Origin: a virus
Strand: one strand, 5' to 3'
Virus record (IMG/VR): IMGVR_UViG_3300032267_001142
Span: 96,001 to 160,000 of that record
DNA: 64,000 nt
Below, one piece after another: positions 29,295 to 36,511 of this stretch; the first letter of the stretch is position 1; every line of letters begins with the position of its first letter. A program made the position numbers and the translations under genes. Under the pieces are notes generated by a model that was given only the letters and a program-made list of their open reading frames with translations, was not told the DNA's origin and ran no database searches.

Positions 29295-29585
29295 ATGCAA
29301 ATTCCCACATCTGACGAACTCCAGCGCAATATCGTAACAGGAGCGCCTCGATATGATTCTCCTAGCCATAAGCAACAGGAGACAGCCGAGACAGCCGAGA
29401 CAGCCGAGACAGTCCTAGCCGTAGGCGCAGCTCTAGGTGGCTCGTTGTCTTACGGGTTCGATGGTCCGTGCGAGCCAGCTCTCCGTGCCGAACTAGAGGC
29501 TAAAGGATATGAAGTAGAGGATGAGTGGTATCCAGCCGATGAGCGCGGGCCTAAATCTTGTTACGTTTTTGTCAGCCCGAAGTAA
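29295..29585 (+). CDS. Hypothetical protein with ETA repeats
   Basis: TAGTAT box 7 nt upstream of ATG. Confidence 0.6.
   Translation: MQIPTSDELQRNIVTGAPRYDSPSHKQQETAETAETAETVLAVGAALGGSLSYGFDGPCEPALRAELEAKGYEVEDEWYPADERGPKSCYVFVSPK
29379..29412 (+). repeat. In-frame 9-bp tandem repeat (GAGACAGCC) x3.8
   Basis: Directly visible; encodes ETAETAETAET. Confidence 0.95.
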
Positions 29586-29689
29586 TTCGGAAATCGTTCC
29601 CTCAAAAAAAAAACGAAAAAGTTCTGGACAATCCGAAGAAAGTAGTGTAAACATCATCAGTAATGAAAGCAGTCACCTTTAGTATTAAA

Positions 29690-29960
29690 CACGGTTCCGC
29701 CGATTTGGTGGGGTATAATCTCCCCACGAATCAGCGTCTACAGGCAACCTGTGCCTCAGAACCGAAAGAAACATAGAACTGCGAGCGATAAAAGAAAACA
29801 GGTCAGAAGACAACCCGCCGCTCGCAGAAAACGAAGGCGGGTTTTCAATTTTAGCAGAAAAGTTTAAGGGATAGCCAATGTCCCCGAAAAAATTGGTAAA
29901 CTCCGGTGAGGACGCGGCAGAAATTCCGGCTCTGTTTAACGACAGATGACTTAACTCGCG
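29690..29960 (+). ncRNA. Candidate structured leader/ncRNA with two pseudoknots
   Basis: Stems 29692-29697/29759-29764, 29779-29786/29820-29827, 29812-29819/29836-29843, and an H-type knot at 29868-29897. Confidence 0.4.
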
Positions 29961-29976
29961 CATGTAAAAGACGATT

Positions 29977-30828
29977 ATGGAAAAAATCCATTATTCACGC
30001 AATGAATACCGACAGGACTACCTTGCTTCCGACGATTGGAAGCAGAAAAGCCGTTTAATTTTAGATAGAGACAAGGTTTGTCGAGTTTGCGAAAGAAAAG
30101 AGAGTTGCGACACTCATCATCTGACCTACGAAAGAGTAGGTTTCGAGAACCTAGAAACAGATTTGATAGGTGTGTGCCGCAATTGTCATAATCGTATTCA
30201 CCGCCACGAAGAGTTGGTGAAGATTTCTGATTTGTCAGTATTAAAGATGGAGTTTGAGCGCTCGAAGAAACCCTTTTTGGTGAAAGAAGGTGTCGTCAAT
30301 CAAATTCTAGATTGTAACGTCGCGACTCAAAGAGCTATCGCAGGTATCCTAAGAATCAGACCGGAAGACATTTGTTTTCAAAAAAACAGAAAATGGCACT
30401 ATTTCAGTGCGCAGAAAATCCTGTTCTTAATGAGAAACAATTTGCCTGACGGAAAGAGGCTCATGGACGTTAATAAGCACTCCGTAGCTAGTTTTAGAGA
30501 CTTCGATACTGAGGACTGGCTAAACTATAAAGAATCCTTATTGCGAAATCTCGGTGATAAAATCAAGAAGATGTCGCGGCGCGAAATTCTTAGGTTTTTT
30601 GCTAGAGAAAAAACGATTTGGGGACAAAAAAGACAAAACGACCTCAATAAAGAACGCCAAGTTTATCTCGACAAACGAGCTAAAACAAGGCAACTCAGAA
30701 AGAGTCAGGACGCGATTTTGAAGCGTCTAGCCCGAGAAGTCCTCACTCCAGAGTGCAGGAGTGAATTAGAGAAAGAACTAGGAATTTTGAACGCGGAAGC
30801 GAAAAGAAATTCTCCCACGGCGGGTTAG
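29977..30828 (+). CDS. HNH endonuclease with C-terminal extension
   Basis: YL.S..W...C.VC...HHLTY.R.G.E...L..VC..CH..IH. Confidence 0.85.
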   Translation: MEKIHYSRNEYRQDYLASDDWKQKSRLILDRDKVCRVCERKESCDTHHLTYERVGFENLETDLIGVCRNCHNRIHRHEELVKISDLSVLKMEFERSKKPFLVKEGVVNQILDCNVATQRAIAGILRIRPEDICFQKNRKWHYFSAQKILFLMRNNLPDGKRLMDVNKHSVASFRDFDTEDWLNYKESLLRNLGDKIKKMSRREILRFFAREKTIWGQKRQNDLNKERQVYLDKRAKTRQLRKSQDAILKRLAREVLTPECRSELEKELGILNAEAKRNSPTAG

Positions 30829-30834
30829 CCGAAT

Positions 30835-30908
30835 GCGCGCATCGTATATGAGTATTACTCCTGATTGCCATTCAGGGAAAGCGGTTGCAAGTCCCGCTGC
30901 GCGCTCCA
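30835..30908 (+). tRNA. tRNA-Gly(GCC)
   Basis: GCGCGCA/TGCGCGC, loop TTGCCAT, T-loop TGCAAGT (irregular T stem), CCA. Confidence 0.8.
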
Positions 30909-31098
30909 AGTTTTTCAAAAACCTGTTGACCTTTTCAAAAAAGGCAGTAGAGTGAGTGAAGTAAAGGGAAGCCGCCCTAAACGCAAACGGCGAAAACGAC
31001 CATAGAGAGTCTAGCATTAAAATCGGCCAGCTAGCGCCCCTGTCGGATAGCTTGTAAAAAGCTTAAAGATGTTTGTTATTTGCAGTGGTAGTTATTAT

Positions 31099-31176
31099 GC
31101 GGTATTCGCCTAGTTAGTTATGGCACCTGTCTTCCAAATAGGAATAACGTCGGAGCAAAGCCGACATACCGCACCA
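31099..31176 (+). tRNA. tRNA-Gly(TCC)
   Basis: GCGGTAT/ATACCGC, loop CTTCCAA, T-loop AGCAAAG, CCA. Confidence 0.85.
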
Positions 31177-31185
31177 TTCTTTACT

Positions 31186-31279
31186 TCCAAAGTACACTAA
31201 CTGGAAAGTGGCGAAGCTGTTAACTTCGTGCATCCCACCCCTGCGTGGTATCTAGGTCCGAATCCTAGCTTTGGAGCCA
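31186..31279 (+). tRNA. tRNA-Asn(GTT) with long variable arm
   Basis: TCCAAAG/CTTTGGA, loop CTGTTAA, 23-nt variable region, T-loop TCCGAAT, CCA. Confidence 0.85.
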
Positions 31280-31280
31280 C

Positions 31281-31847
31281 TTAACATTTGGAAGTAATAA
31301 TACCAAGTTTTTTAGCTCTTTTGCGAATTCCTGTTGGGCTAATGTTTATTAATTCCGATATCGAATTCGGGCTGAGTTTTTGCACGACCATCATATCATA
31401 CAGGTCTATTGACGACCAATCAAACTTCTCCCGAAGTTTGCACGCACAAGACCTCGAACAAACTTTGTAACCTACTGGTTTATCTGCGCCGCAGATAGGG
31501 CACGAATTCATTTCTATCACTGTTTCCGGTCTATAGTTGACGAACGACTCATTAAACGCCCGAAAGGTTTCGGGAACATTTGCAACTCCGTTATGCACTT
31601 CTCGATGACAGTTGGAACATAACAAAATACACTTTTTTAGTTCGGCACAAATCTTGCTCCAAGCTTTAGGTGACGACATAGTTTTACCAAACGAAAACTC
31701 TTTAATAGATGGGTCTAAATGATGAAGTTCGAGCGCCGCGTTACATTTTTTGTAATTGCAGATTTGGCAGCATCCTCCCATAGATTCGATGATACGGATT
31801 TTGGTATTTTTGCGCCACATTTTGACATGATTAGAATTTTTGCTCAT
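31281..31847 (-). CDS. HNH endonuclease, antisense to the tRNA array
   Basis: GGCCQIC.Y.KC..ALELHHLDP..KEF...C.LLC.NCHREVH, second Zn finger and C-terminal HTH. Confidence 0.88.
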   Translation of the reverse strand: MSKNSNHVKMWRKNTKIRIIESMGGCCQICNYKKCNAALELHHLDPSIKEFSFGKTMSSPKAWSKICAELKKCILLCSNCHREVHNGVANVPETFRAFNESFVNYRPETVIEMNSCPICGADKPVGYKVCSRSCACKLREKFDWSSIDLYDMMVVQKLSPNSISELINISPTGIRKRAKKLGIITSKC

Positions 31848-32009
31848 ATATTAACAGATTATGTTAATTTACACCATTAGTGGTGTGATGTGAGGGTTAT
31901 CTTGGAATTAGAGCCTATTTCTAGTAGCGACACTGCCAAAGCGTTGAACGTGGCCCGTCATAGTAACGGGATAAAGAAATGCGTTTCTCAACCGCTAGAA
32001 TTCAATTTC

Positions 32010-32085
32010 GGGGCATTAGTGAGAGAAGTTAGCACAGGAAGCTTGCACCTTCCAAGAGACGGCGCGATACCGTCATGCTCCACCA
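32010..32085 (+). tRNA. tRNA-Ala(TGC)
   Basis: GGGGCAT/ATGCTCC with G3:U70, loop CTTGCAC, T-loop CGCGATA. Confidence 0.88.
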
Positions 32086-32097
32086 TTAGTTGAACAT

Positions 32098-32173
32098 CGG
32101 AACGTAGCCTAGCAGTTCAGGCACCTGTTTTGGGAACAGGACGAGGCGGGGGCAGCACCTGCCGTTCCGACCA
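32098..32173 (+). tRNA. tRNA-Pro(TGG)
   Basis: CGGAACG/CGTTCCG, loop TTTGGGA, T-loop GGCAGCA. Confidence 0.88.
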
Positions 32174-32176
32174 TTT

Positions 32177-32263
32177 GGGTAGTTAGACTCGTAGAGTGCG
32201 AGGGCGGATTGTAAACCCGCCTCTGTAATGGACTGGTAGGTGCGACTCCTACATTGCCCACCA
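32177..32263 (+). tRNA. tRNA-Tyr(GTA)
   Basis: GGGTAGT/ATTGCCC, loop TTGTAAA, long variable arm, T-loop TGCGACT. Confidence 0.85.
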
Positions 32264-32269
32264 TTTTAT

Positions 32270-32344
32270 GTCCCATTCGTCCATAAGTTAAGACCGCAGC
32301 CTTTCAAGTTGCAGAACGCGGAGCGTTACCGCGATGGGATACCA
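32270..32344 (+). tRNA. tRNA-Glu(TTC)
   Basis: GTCCCAT/ATGGGAT, loop CTTTCAA, T-loop AGCGTTA. Confidence 0.88.
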
Positions 32345-32470
32345 TTTATAAACGGTAGCTGATAACCTTGGCCGAGGTTTAGGCACGACCGAAACGAGAG
32401 AGACACAGTAGCATATCTAGTAATGCAGGCCCCTAATTCGGGCCTTAACGTGGTGCAAATCCCGCGAGTT

Positions 32471-32488
32471 GGAACGTCCGTGAAATCC
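32471..32488 (+). repeat. 18-nt motif GGAACGTCCGTGAAATCC, copy 1
   Basis: Identical copy at 34926-34943. Confidence 0.9.
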
Positions 32489-32502
32489 TCGATAATTTTG
32501 AT

Positions 32503-32576
32503 ACCTCATTGGTGAATGAATATCACACAACCCTGTCACGGTTGAGTAACGGGTGTAAGTCCCGTATGGGGTGCCA
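32503..32576 (+). tRNA. tRNA-Asp(GTC)
   Basis: ACCTCAT/ATGGGGT, loop CTGTCAC, T-loop TGTAAGT, G73. Confidence 0.85.
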
Positions 32577-32686
32577 TTTTCAATAAAACAGAGGCTATAC
32601 TGTATTAGCGACGAAATCGGAGCCGAAACATAGCGGAGGTTGCAAACTCCGTGGAATAACCCGTCGCTCATTGAAGAATTTTTAAT

Positions 32687-32763
32687 CGTAGTGAGGCTCG
32701 AACAGCATCGACACCCGCTTGATAGGCGGACCAAAGCAAGGGCAGCACTTGCCACTACGACCA
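32687..32763 (+). tRNA. tRNA-Ile(GAT)
   Basis: CGTAGTG/CACTACG, loop TTGATAG, T-loop GGCAGCA. Confidence 0.82.
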
Positions 32764-32837
32764 GCGGGATAGTGTAAGAGTAGCATATCAGTCTCATAAG
32801 CTGAAGACGCCGTTGCAATTTACGGCTCCTGCAACCA
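32763..32837 (+). tRNA. tRNA-Met(CAT); position 1 overlaps the upstream CCA
   Basis: AGCGGGA/TCCTGCA with 1:72 mismatch, loop CTCATAA, 8-nt T-loop TGCAATTT. Confidence 0.8.
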
Positions 32838-32888
32838 TACAGTCCGTCGGCTATTCCTCTGCGCGAGCATGAACCGATGGTTAGTTTC

Positions 32889-32963
32889 GCTGACGTAGCC
32901 CAATGCAGAGGCATGAGGTCGAGAACTTCATTAGTGTAGGTGCGAGTCCTATCGTCAGCACCA
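32889..32963 (+). tRNA. tRNA-Leu(GAG), short variable loop
   Basis: GCTGACG/CGTCAGC, loop TCGAGAA, T-loop TGCGAGT. Confidence 0.82.
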
Positions 32964-32975
32964 ATTTCAAATACT

Positions 32976-33050
32976 CCGCTCAGAGTGTGAAAGATAGCAC
33001 GATACTCTGTCACAGTATTAGAACGAGAGCGTTACTCGTTGGGCGGGCCA
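32976..33050 (+). tRNA. tRNA-Asp(GTC), second copy
   Basis: CCGCTCA/TGGGCGG, loop CTGTCAC, T-loop AGCGTTA. Confidence 0.82.
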
Positions 33051-33094
33051 AAAATTAAATTGTCTAAATCCGGGTTTCTTGTGTAAACTATTGT

Positions 33095-33622
33095 ATGACA
33101 ATCCAGATAGGACATCTCTACAATTCTCTAAAAGTTTTAGAGTTTTCTCACACAGATAAACTAGGCCACAAGATTTGGAAATGCGAGTGCTGCTGCGGCA
33201 AGCTGTGCCTTCAGCCCTCTCGATATCTAGGGAAAACAAAAAGTTGCGGATGTCAAAGGAGAAGCAAAAACATCAAAGGAGAAGGAGAGATATATGGTTC
33301 GTTATTCTCTGGTATGAGATTCGCCGCCAAGCGGCGGCGCATAGTTTTCGATGTCTCTCCGAAATTTTTGTGGCAGCTTTTCCTAAAACAGGAAAGAAAA
33401 TGCGCGCTTAGCGACCTACCATTAGATTTCGGCAGGGGTAAAAGAGGACTGTTCAGAACGGCCTCCCTAGATAGAATAGACTCCAGCAAGGGATACACGG
33501 AGGACAACGTTCAATGGGTTCATCGCCAAGTAAACGTAATGAAGCATGAGCTTTCTTATCAGGAATTTCAGGATTTAGTAGAGAGGGTTTTTAATAAAGC
33601 CCGAAAGGATAAAAAACATTGA
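33095..33622 (+). CDS. HNH-type homing endonuclease
   Basis: WKCECCCG...SCGC, A..R.I.F, SLDRIDSSKGY..DNVQWV...VN.MK. Confidence 0.88.
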   Translation: MTIQIGHLYNSLKVLEFSHTDKLGHKIWKCECCCGKLCLQPSRYLGKTKSCGCQRRSKNIKGEGEIYGSLFSGMRFAAKRRRIVFDVSPKFLWQLFLKQERKCALSDLPLDFGRGKRGLFRTASLDRIDSSKGYTEDNVQWVHRQVNVMKHELSYQEFQDLVERVFNKARKDKKH

Positions 33623-33656
33623 CGTTCGCTGTAAAACGCGCTACTGTCTAAAACAT

Positions 33657-33732
33657 CGCTGTTTAGCAAATCAAGAGATTGCGACCCGCTGAAGACGGGA
33701 TGAGGTCGGCGCGATACCGACAACAGCGGCCA
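33657..33732 (+). tRNA. tRNA-Phe(GAA)
   Basis: CGCTGTT/AACAGCG, loop CTGAAGA, T-loop CGCGATA; TTGACG-17-TACTGT promoter at 33619-33647. Confidence 0.85.
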
Positions 33733-33739
33733 TCTTAAA

Positions 33740-33910
33740 ATGAGAAAGTCTCACCTAGTCGAAAAATTGTTATCGCTCTCAATGAGCGAAGTTTTGAGTC
33801 CGAGAAATTCAAAATACGCAAAAGTAGGCGCATGGATAAGTAAACTCTCCAGCGAAGAAAAAGAAAAATTAAAGACTCTTGAGTCGAAAGACTTTAATCA
33901 TCGAATTTAA
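33740..33910 (+). CDS. Small hypothetical protein (56 aa)
   Basis: Hand-translated MRKSHLVEKLL...DFNHRI*. Confidence 0.45.
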   Translation: MRKSHLVEKLLSLSMSEVLSPRNSKYAKVGAWISKLSSEEKEKLKTLESKDFNHRI

Positions 33911-33915
33911 GAAAT

Positions 33916-33989
33916 GTCTCATTAGCATAACAGTAATGCCTCTGCCTTCCAAGCAGAACATGTCGGGGCGGCACCGACATGGGACTCCA
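33916..33989 (+). tRNA. tRNA-Gly(TCC), second copy
   Basis: GTCTCAT/ATGGGAC, loop CTTCCAA, T-loop GGCGGCA, U73. Confidence 0.87.
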
Positions 33990-33998
33990 ATTTCAAAT

Positions 33999-34072
33999 GG
34001 GTTGCTAGCTTAAAAGTAAAGCCGTGGATTTTTACCCCACCTAACACGGAGCATTACCGTGGCGACTCTCCA
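33999..34072 (+). tRNA. tRNA-Lys(TTT)
   Basis: GGGTTGC/GCGACTC, loop TTTTTAC, T-loop AGCATTA. Confidence 0.83.
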
Positions 34073-34120
34073 CTTCAAAGTTTTTCTGGAAACTTTTAAT
34101 CCAGACGTGTAATATACAGT

Positions 34121-34537
34121 ATGACTAAAATCTGTTATATGTGTAAGCTTCCGAAACCAGTCGAAAAGTTCGCCAAGAAGAAAGCGGCTAAAGACGGGTT
34201 GCAGAGTCGCTGCAACGAGTGTATGTCGAAAACGATGATACAAGTCTATAGGGATGACGTTTCAGCATGGAACGATAAAACTAAGTTGCAAAAAGGACGG
34301 AAAAGAGTTTGGGTTGACGAGCTTAAACAATCTGTTGGCTGTATAGTTTGTGGCGAAGAAAATCCTAGCTGTTTAGAGTTTCATCACGTAAGCGCCTCCA
34401 ATAAAGAACACGACATATCACAAATGATAGTCAATAAAGCTTCCGACGAAAGGATTCGCGAAGAGATAGACAAGTGTTTGATTCTGTGTGCTAATTGCCA
34501 CAGAAAAGTTCATAGAGGATACATCCTGATAGTATAA
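34121..34537 (+). CDS. HNH endonuclease with N-terminal Zn finger
   Basis: C.MCK..KP...F......DGL..RC.EC; GC.VCGE....LEFHH...K...C..LCANCHRKVH. Confidence 0.88.
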   Translation: MTKICYMCKLPKPVEKFAKKKAAKDGLQSRCNECMSKTMIQVYRDDVSAWNDKTKLQKGRKRVWVDELKQSVGCIVCGEENPSCLEFHHVSASNKEHDISQMIVNKASDERIREEIDKCLILCANCHRKVHRGYILIV

Positions 34538-34540
34538 ATC

Positions 34541-34614
34541 GGACTACTAGCATAAAAGTAATGCGTTCGGCCCTTACCCGAATAAATACGGAGCGTTACC
34601 GTGGTTGTCCTCCA
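34541..34614 (+). tRNA. tRNA-Lys(CTT)
   Basis: GGACTAC/GTTGTCC, loop CCCTTAC, T-loop AGCGTTA. Confidence 0.8.
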
Positions 34615-34625
34615 TTTAACAAATT

Positions 34626-34710
34626 CGCTCTGTGATGAAATCAGAATACATGCAGGCTTTAGATACCTGTGCCGAAAGGCGTGCAAGTGCAAATCTTGTC
34701 GGAGCGACCA
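34626..34710 (+). tRNA. tRNA-Leu(TAG), long variable arm
   Basis: CGCTCTG/CGGAGCG, loop TTTAGAT, T-loop TGCAAAT. Confidence 0.85.
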
Positions 34711-34718
34711 TTTTATAT

Positions 34719-34792
34719 TGCCCCTTAGCATAGAAGCAATGCCGTGGACTTTGAACCCACATAAGTCGGAGCGTTACCGACAGGGGCGACCA
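34719..34792 (+). tRNA. tRNA-Gln(TTG)
   Basis: TGCCCCT/AGGGGCG, loop CTTTGAA, T-loop AGCGTTA. Confidence 0.87.
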
Positions 34793-34925
34793 ATTAAATA
34801 ACCTACAGAATATCGCCGCGCCCTCGAAAGCACGGCTGGTCTAACCAAAAGATGCGGCATCTGGCCGCGATGATAGATAGCGGGGTAAGCTCGATAGACG
34901 GCTGAACATACGCGTTAAGTAGGCC

Positions 34926-34943
34926 GGAACGTCCGTGAAATCC
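34926..34943 (+). repeat. 18-nt motif GGAACGTCCGTGAAATCC, copy 2
   Basis: Identical to 32471-32488. Confidence 0.9.
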
Positions 34944-35000
34944 GAGAGTTTAATTTCATAAGGTTCTCTTCGTAAGTATCCTTTCAAAATACTTTCCGTG

Positions 35001-35074
35001 CGGTGCGTGAGTGTAAGTAACCTTCTCGCCTTGGAAGTGAGATATTGGGAGTGCGAATCTCCCCGCGCCGACCA
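35001..35074 (+). tRNA. tRNA-Pro(TGG), second copy (A37)
   Basis: CGGTGCG/CGCGCCG, loop CTTGGAA, T-loop TGCGAAT. Confidence 0.82.
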
Positions 35075-35209
35075 GATTCGACGTAATGGACAGCCTACCC
35101 ACCAAGGGGCGCGTTTGAATAGTCCTGAAAATTTATTGACGCCGCCACAAATCGGCATACACTTAGGTCATAAGGAAATCATGTGAGTTTCCTCGAACAA
35201 AGTAAAAAT

Positions 35210-35285
35210 GGCCGCTTAGCCCAACAGCAGAGGCGACGAACTCAAAATCCGTAAAGCGAGAGTGCGAATCTCTCAGCGGCTACCA
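35210..35285 (+). tRNA. tRNA-Leu(CAA), short variable loop
   Basis: GGCCGCT/AGCGGCT, loop CTCAAAA, T-loop TGCGAAT. Confidence 0.83.
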
Positions 35286-35495
35286 TTTGCCCCTCGGAGG
35301 GATAAGTCCGAGACGAACCAACTAGACGCCGTAGTCACGTTACAATTAAGGACGTGATGGAGGCTATAAAGGTTTGATTACCAACAAAAAGATAGGGAGA
35401 ATACGTCAAATATCTCAAGCCTAGTGTTGGAATAGTGCTGCGGAATCACCAGCAAGTTGAATGCATTGTTCGCGACGATGTTACTAGACCGAAAT

Positions 35496-35563
35496 GCCCC
35501 ATGTAAGCACCTAGACCTCCCTTGTAACGAGGCATGACGATTGCGATATCGTATGGGGCTCCA
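35496..35563 (+). tRNA. tRNA-Thr(TGT)-like, 68 nt, no D stem
   Basis: GCCCCAT/ATGGGGC plus TCCA, loop CTTGTAA, 13-nt unpaired D replacement, 6-nt T-loop TGCGAT. Confidence 0.6.
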
Positions 35564-35568
35564 TTTTT

Positions 35569-35678
35569 TATGCAGCGGCGTGGAACATTGACACGCGGTA
35601 TATCCTAACGGTGATGCCGGAATAGAAACGATATCGTTTTACGACGATATTCGAGCCAGCCTTAACTGGTCTGCGTAA
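35569..35678 (+). ncRNA. Aberrant tRNA-like cloverleaf without CCA
   Basis: TATGCAG/CTGCGTA acceptor-like stem, 5-bp D-like stem, extended anticodon-like arm, ~36-nt variable region. Confidence 0.35.
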
Positions 35679-35686
35679 AGAATTTT

Positions 35687-35761
35687 GGTTTGTTGGGAAA
35701 CCGTCAATCCGCCCGCCTGCAAAGCGGGAGATGCCACGTTGGATTCGTGGACAAACCTCCA
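35687..35761 (+). tRNA. tRNA-Cys(GCA)
   Basis: GGTTTGT/ACAAACC, U73, loop CTGCAAA, T-loop TTGGATT. Confidence 0.85.
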
Positions 35762-35799
35762 TTATGAATACATAGCAAAAACAAAACTGCAAAGAAGTA

Positions 35800-36027
35800 G
35801 TGTTCCACTTCAACAAAGGACACCTCGCGAATCCCAACATCCCCATGTGGGTCGTGAAAGCGAAAGGCCAGTCATACTACGTGTCCCACGTAGTCAGCAA
35901 CGCGCCTTTCTCCACCAAAGAGACGCCAGAAAATGAGCACACAAAAGGCTCGCTAAAGTTCAAAAACGTCTCTATAGTGCTTGAGAACGGAGTAATCACA
36001 ATCTCCCCAATCGAAGGAGGTGATTAA
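35800..36027 (+). CDS. Small hypothetical protein (GTG start, or ATG 35764 with an in-frame TAG at codon 4)
   Basis: FHFNKGHL.NP.IPMWVVK.KGQSYYV. Confidence 0.65.
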   Translation: MFHFNKGHLANPNIPMWVVKAKGQSYYVSHVVSNAPFSTKETPENEHTKGSLKFKNVSIVLENGVITISPIEGGD

Positions 36028-36080
36028 AATGCGTTAGACTTAGTAAACAATTCCCCGAGGGCCGTAAAAAGCCCTCAACT

Positions 36081-36154
36081 GCTCGGCTAGCTTAATGATA
36101 AAGCAAGCCTCTCTAAAAGGTCGTATCTCGGTTTGAGTCCGAGGTCGAGCACCA
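36081..36154 (+). tRNA. Amber suppressor tRNA (anticodon CTA)
   Basis: GCTCGGC/GTCGAGC, D arm GCTT/AAGC, loop CTCTAAA, T arm CTCGG-TTTGAGT-CCGAG, ACCA. Confidence 0.82.
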
Positions 36155-36158
36155 ATTT

Positions 36159-36246
36159 GGGTTAATAGACGACTAAAGAGGTCGGCCAAGCTGTAACCTT
36201 GGTTGCTTAAATGCACATTTCGGCGCAATACCGGATTAGCCCACCA
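36159..36246 (+). tRNA. tRNA-Tyr(GTA), second copy
   Basis: GGGTTAA/TTAGCCC, loop CTGTAAC, long variable arm, T-loop CGCAATA. Confidence 0.85.
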
Positions 36247-36251
36247 TACAT

Positions 36252-36326
36252 GGCCTATTAGTGTAAAAGTAAGCACGACTGATTCTCAATCAGTAAACCT
36301 CGGAGCGTTACCGAGATAGGCTACCA
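36252..36326 (+). tRNA. tRNA-Glu(CTC)
   Basis: GGCCTAT/ATAGGCT, loop TTCTCAA, T-loop AGCGTTA. Confidence 0.87.
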
Positions 36327-36331
36327 ATTTT

Positions 36332-36407
36332 GTTCCTATGGTGAAATCAGAAATCATAGAGGCTTGCGAAGCCCCTGTTCCAGATGCGAGTTCTGGTAGG
36401 AACACCA
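36332..36407 (+). tRNA. tRNA-Arg(GCG)
   Basis: GTTCCTA/TAGGAAC, loop TTGCGAA, T-loop TGCGAGT. Confidence 0.85.
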
Positions 36408-36412
36408 TTTAT

Positions 36413-36504
36413 GGCTAGTTAAGTGGTCGAGTGGCCACCTTCAATTGCTAATTGAAAGGCACCCTTAAACAAGGTGTAGCGGGCGGGACGTTAGCTAGCC
36501 GCCA
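36413..36504 (+). tRNA. tRNA-Ser(GCT)
   Basis: GGCTAGT/GCTAGCC, G73, loop TTGCTAA, long variable arm, T-loop GGCGGGA. Confidence 0.83.
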
Positions 36505-36511
36505 TATAATA

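Noticed and set aside
29379-29412. Tandem repeat as a CRISPR or contingency locus
   Set aside because: A simple in-frame 9-bp repeat with no spacers; no CRISPR array or cas gene was seen in the window
29860-30834. Group I intron carrying the HNH ORF
   Set aside because: Only weak P7-like complementarity, no convincing P4/P6 core, and no interrupted exon on either side
31919-32000. Twister ribozyme
   Set aside because: No U-A cleavage site before P2, and the 3' P2 strand and T1 partner are missing
32355-32400. Hammerhead ribozyme (CTGAT...GAAAC)
   Set aside because: The core reads CTGATAA rather than CTGATGA, and stems I/III with an NUH site could not be built
32417-33013. 198-aa minus-strand ORF and similar ORFs across the tRNA array (e.g. 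34841-35158, 37395-37676, 45233-45514)
   Set aside because: Antisense shadows of tRNA genes with no protein motifs
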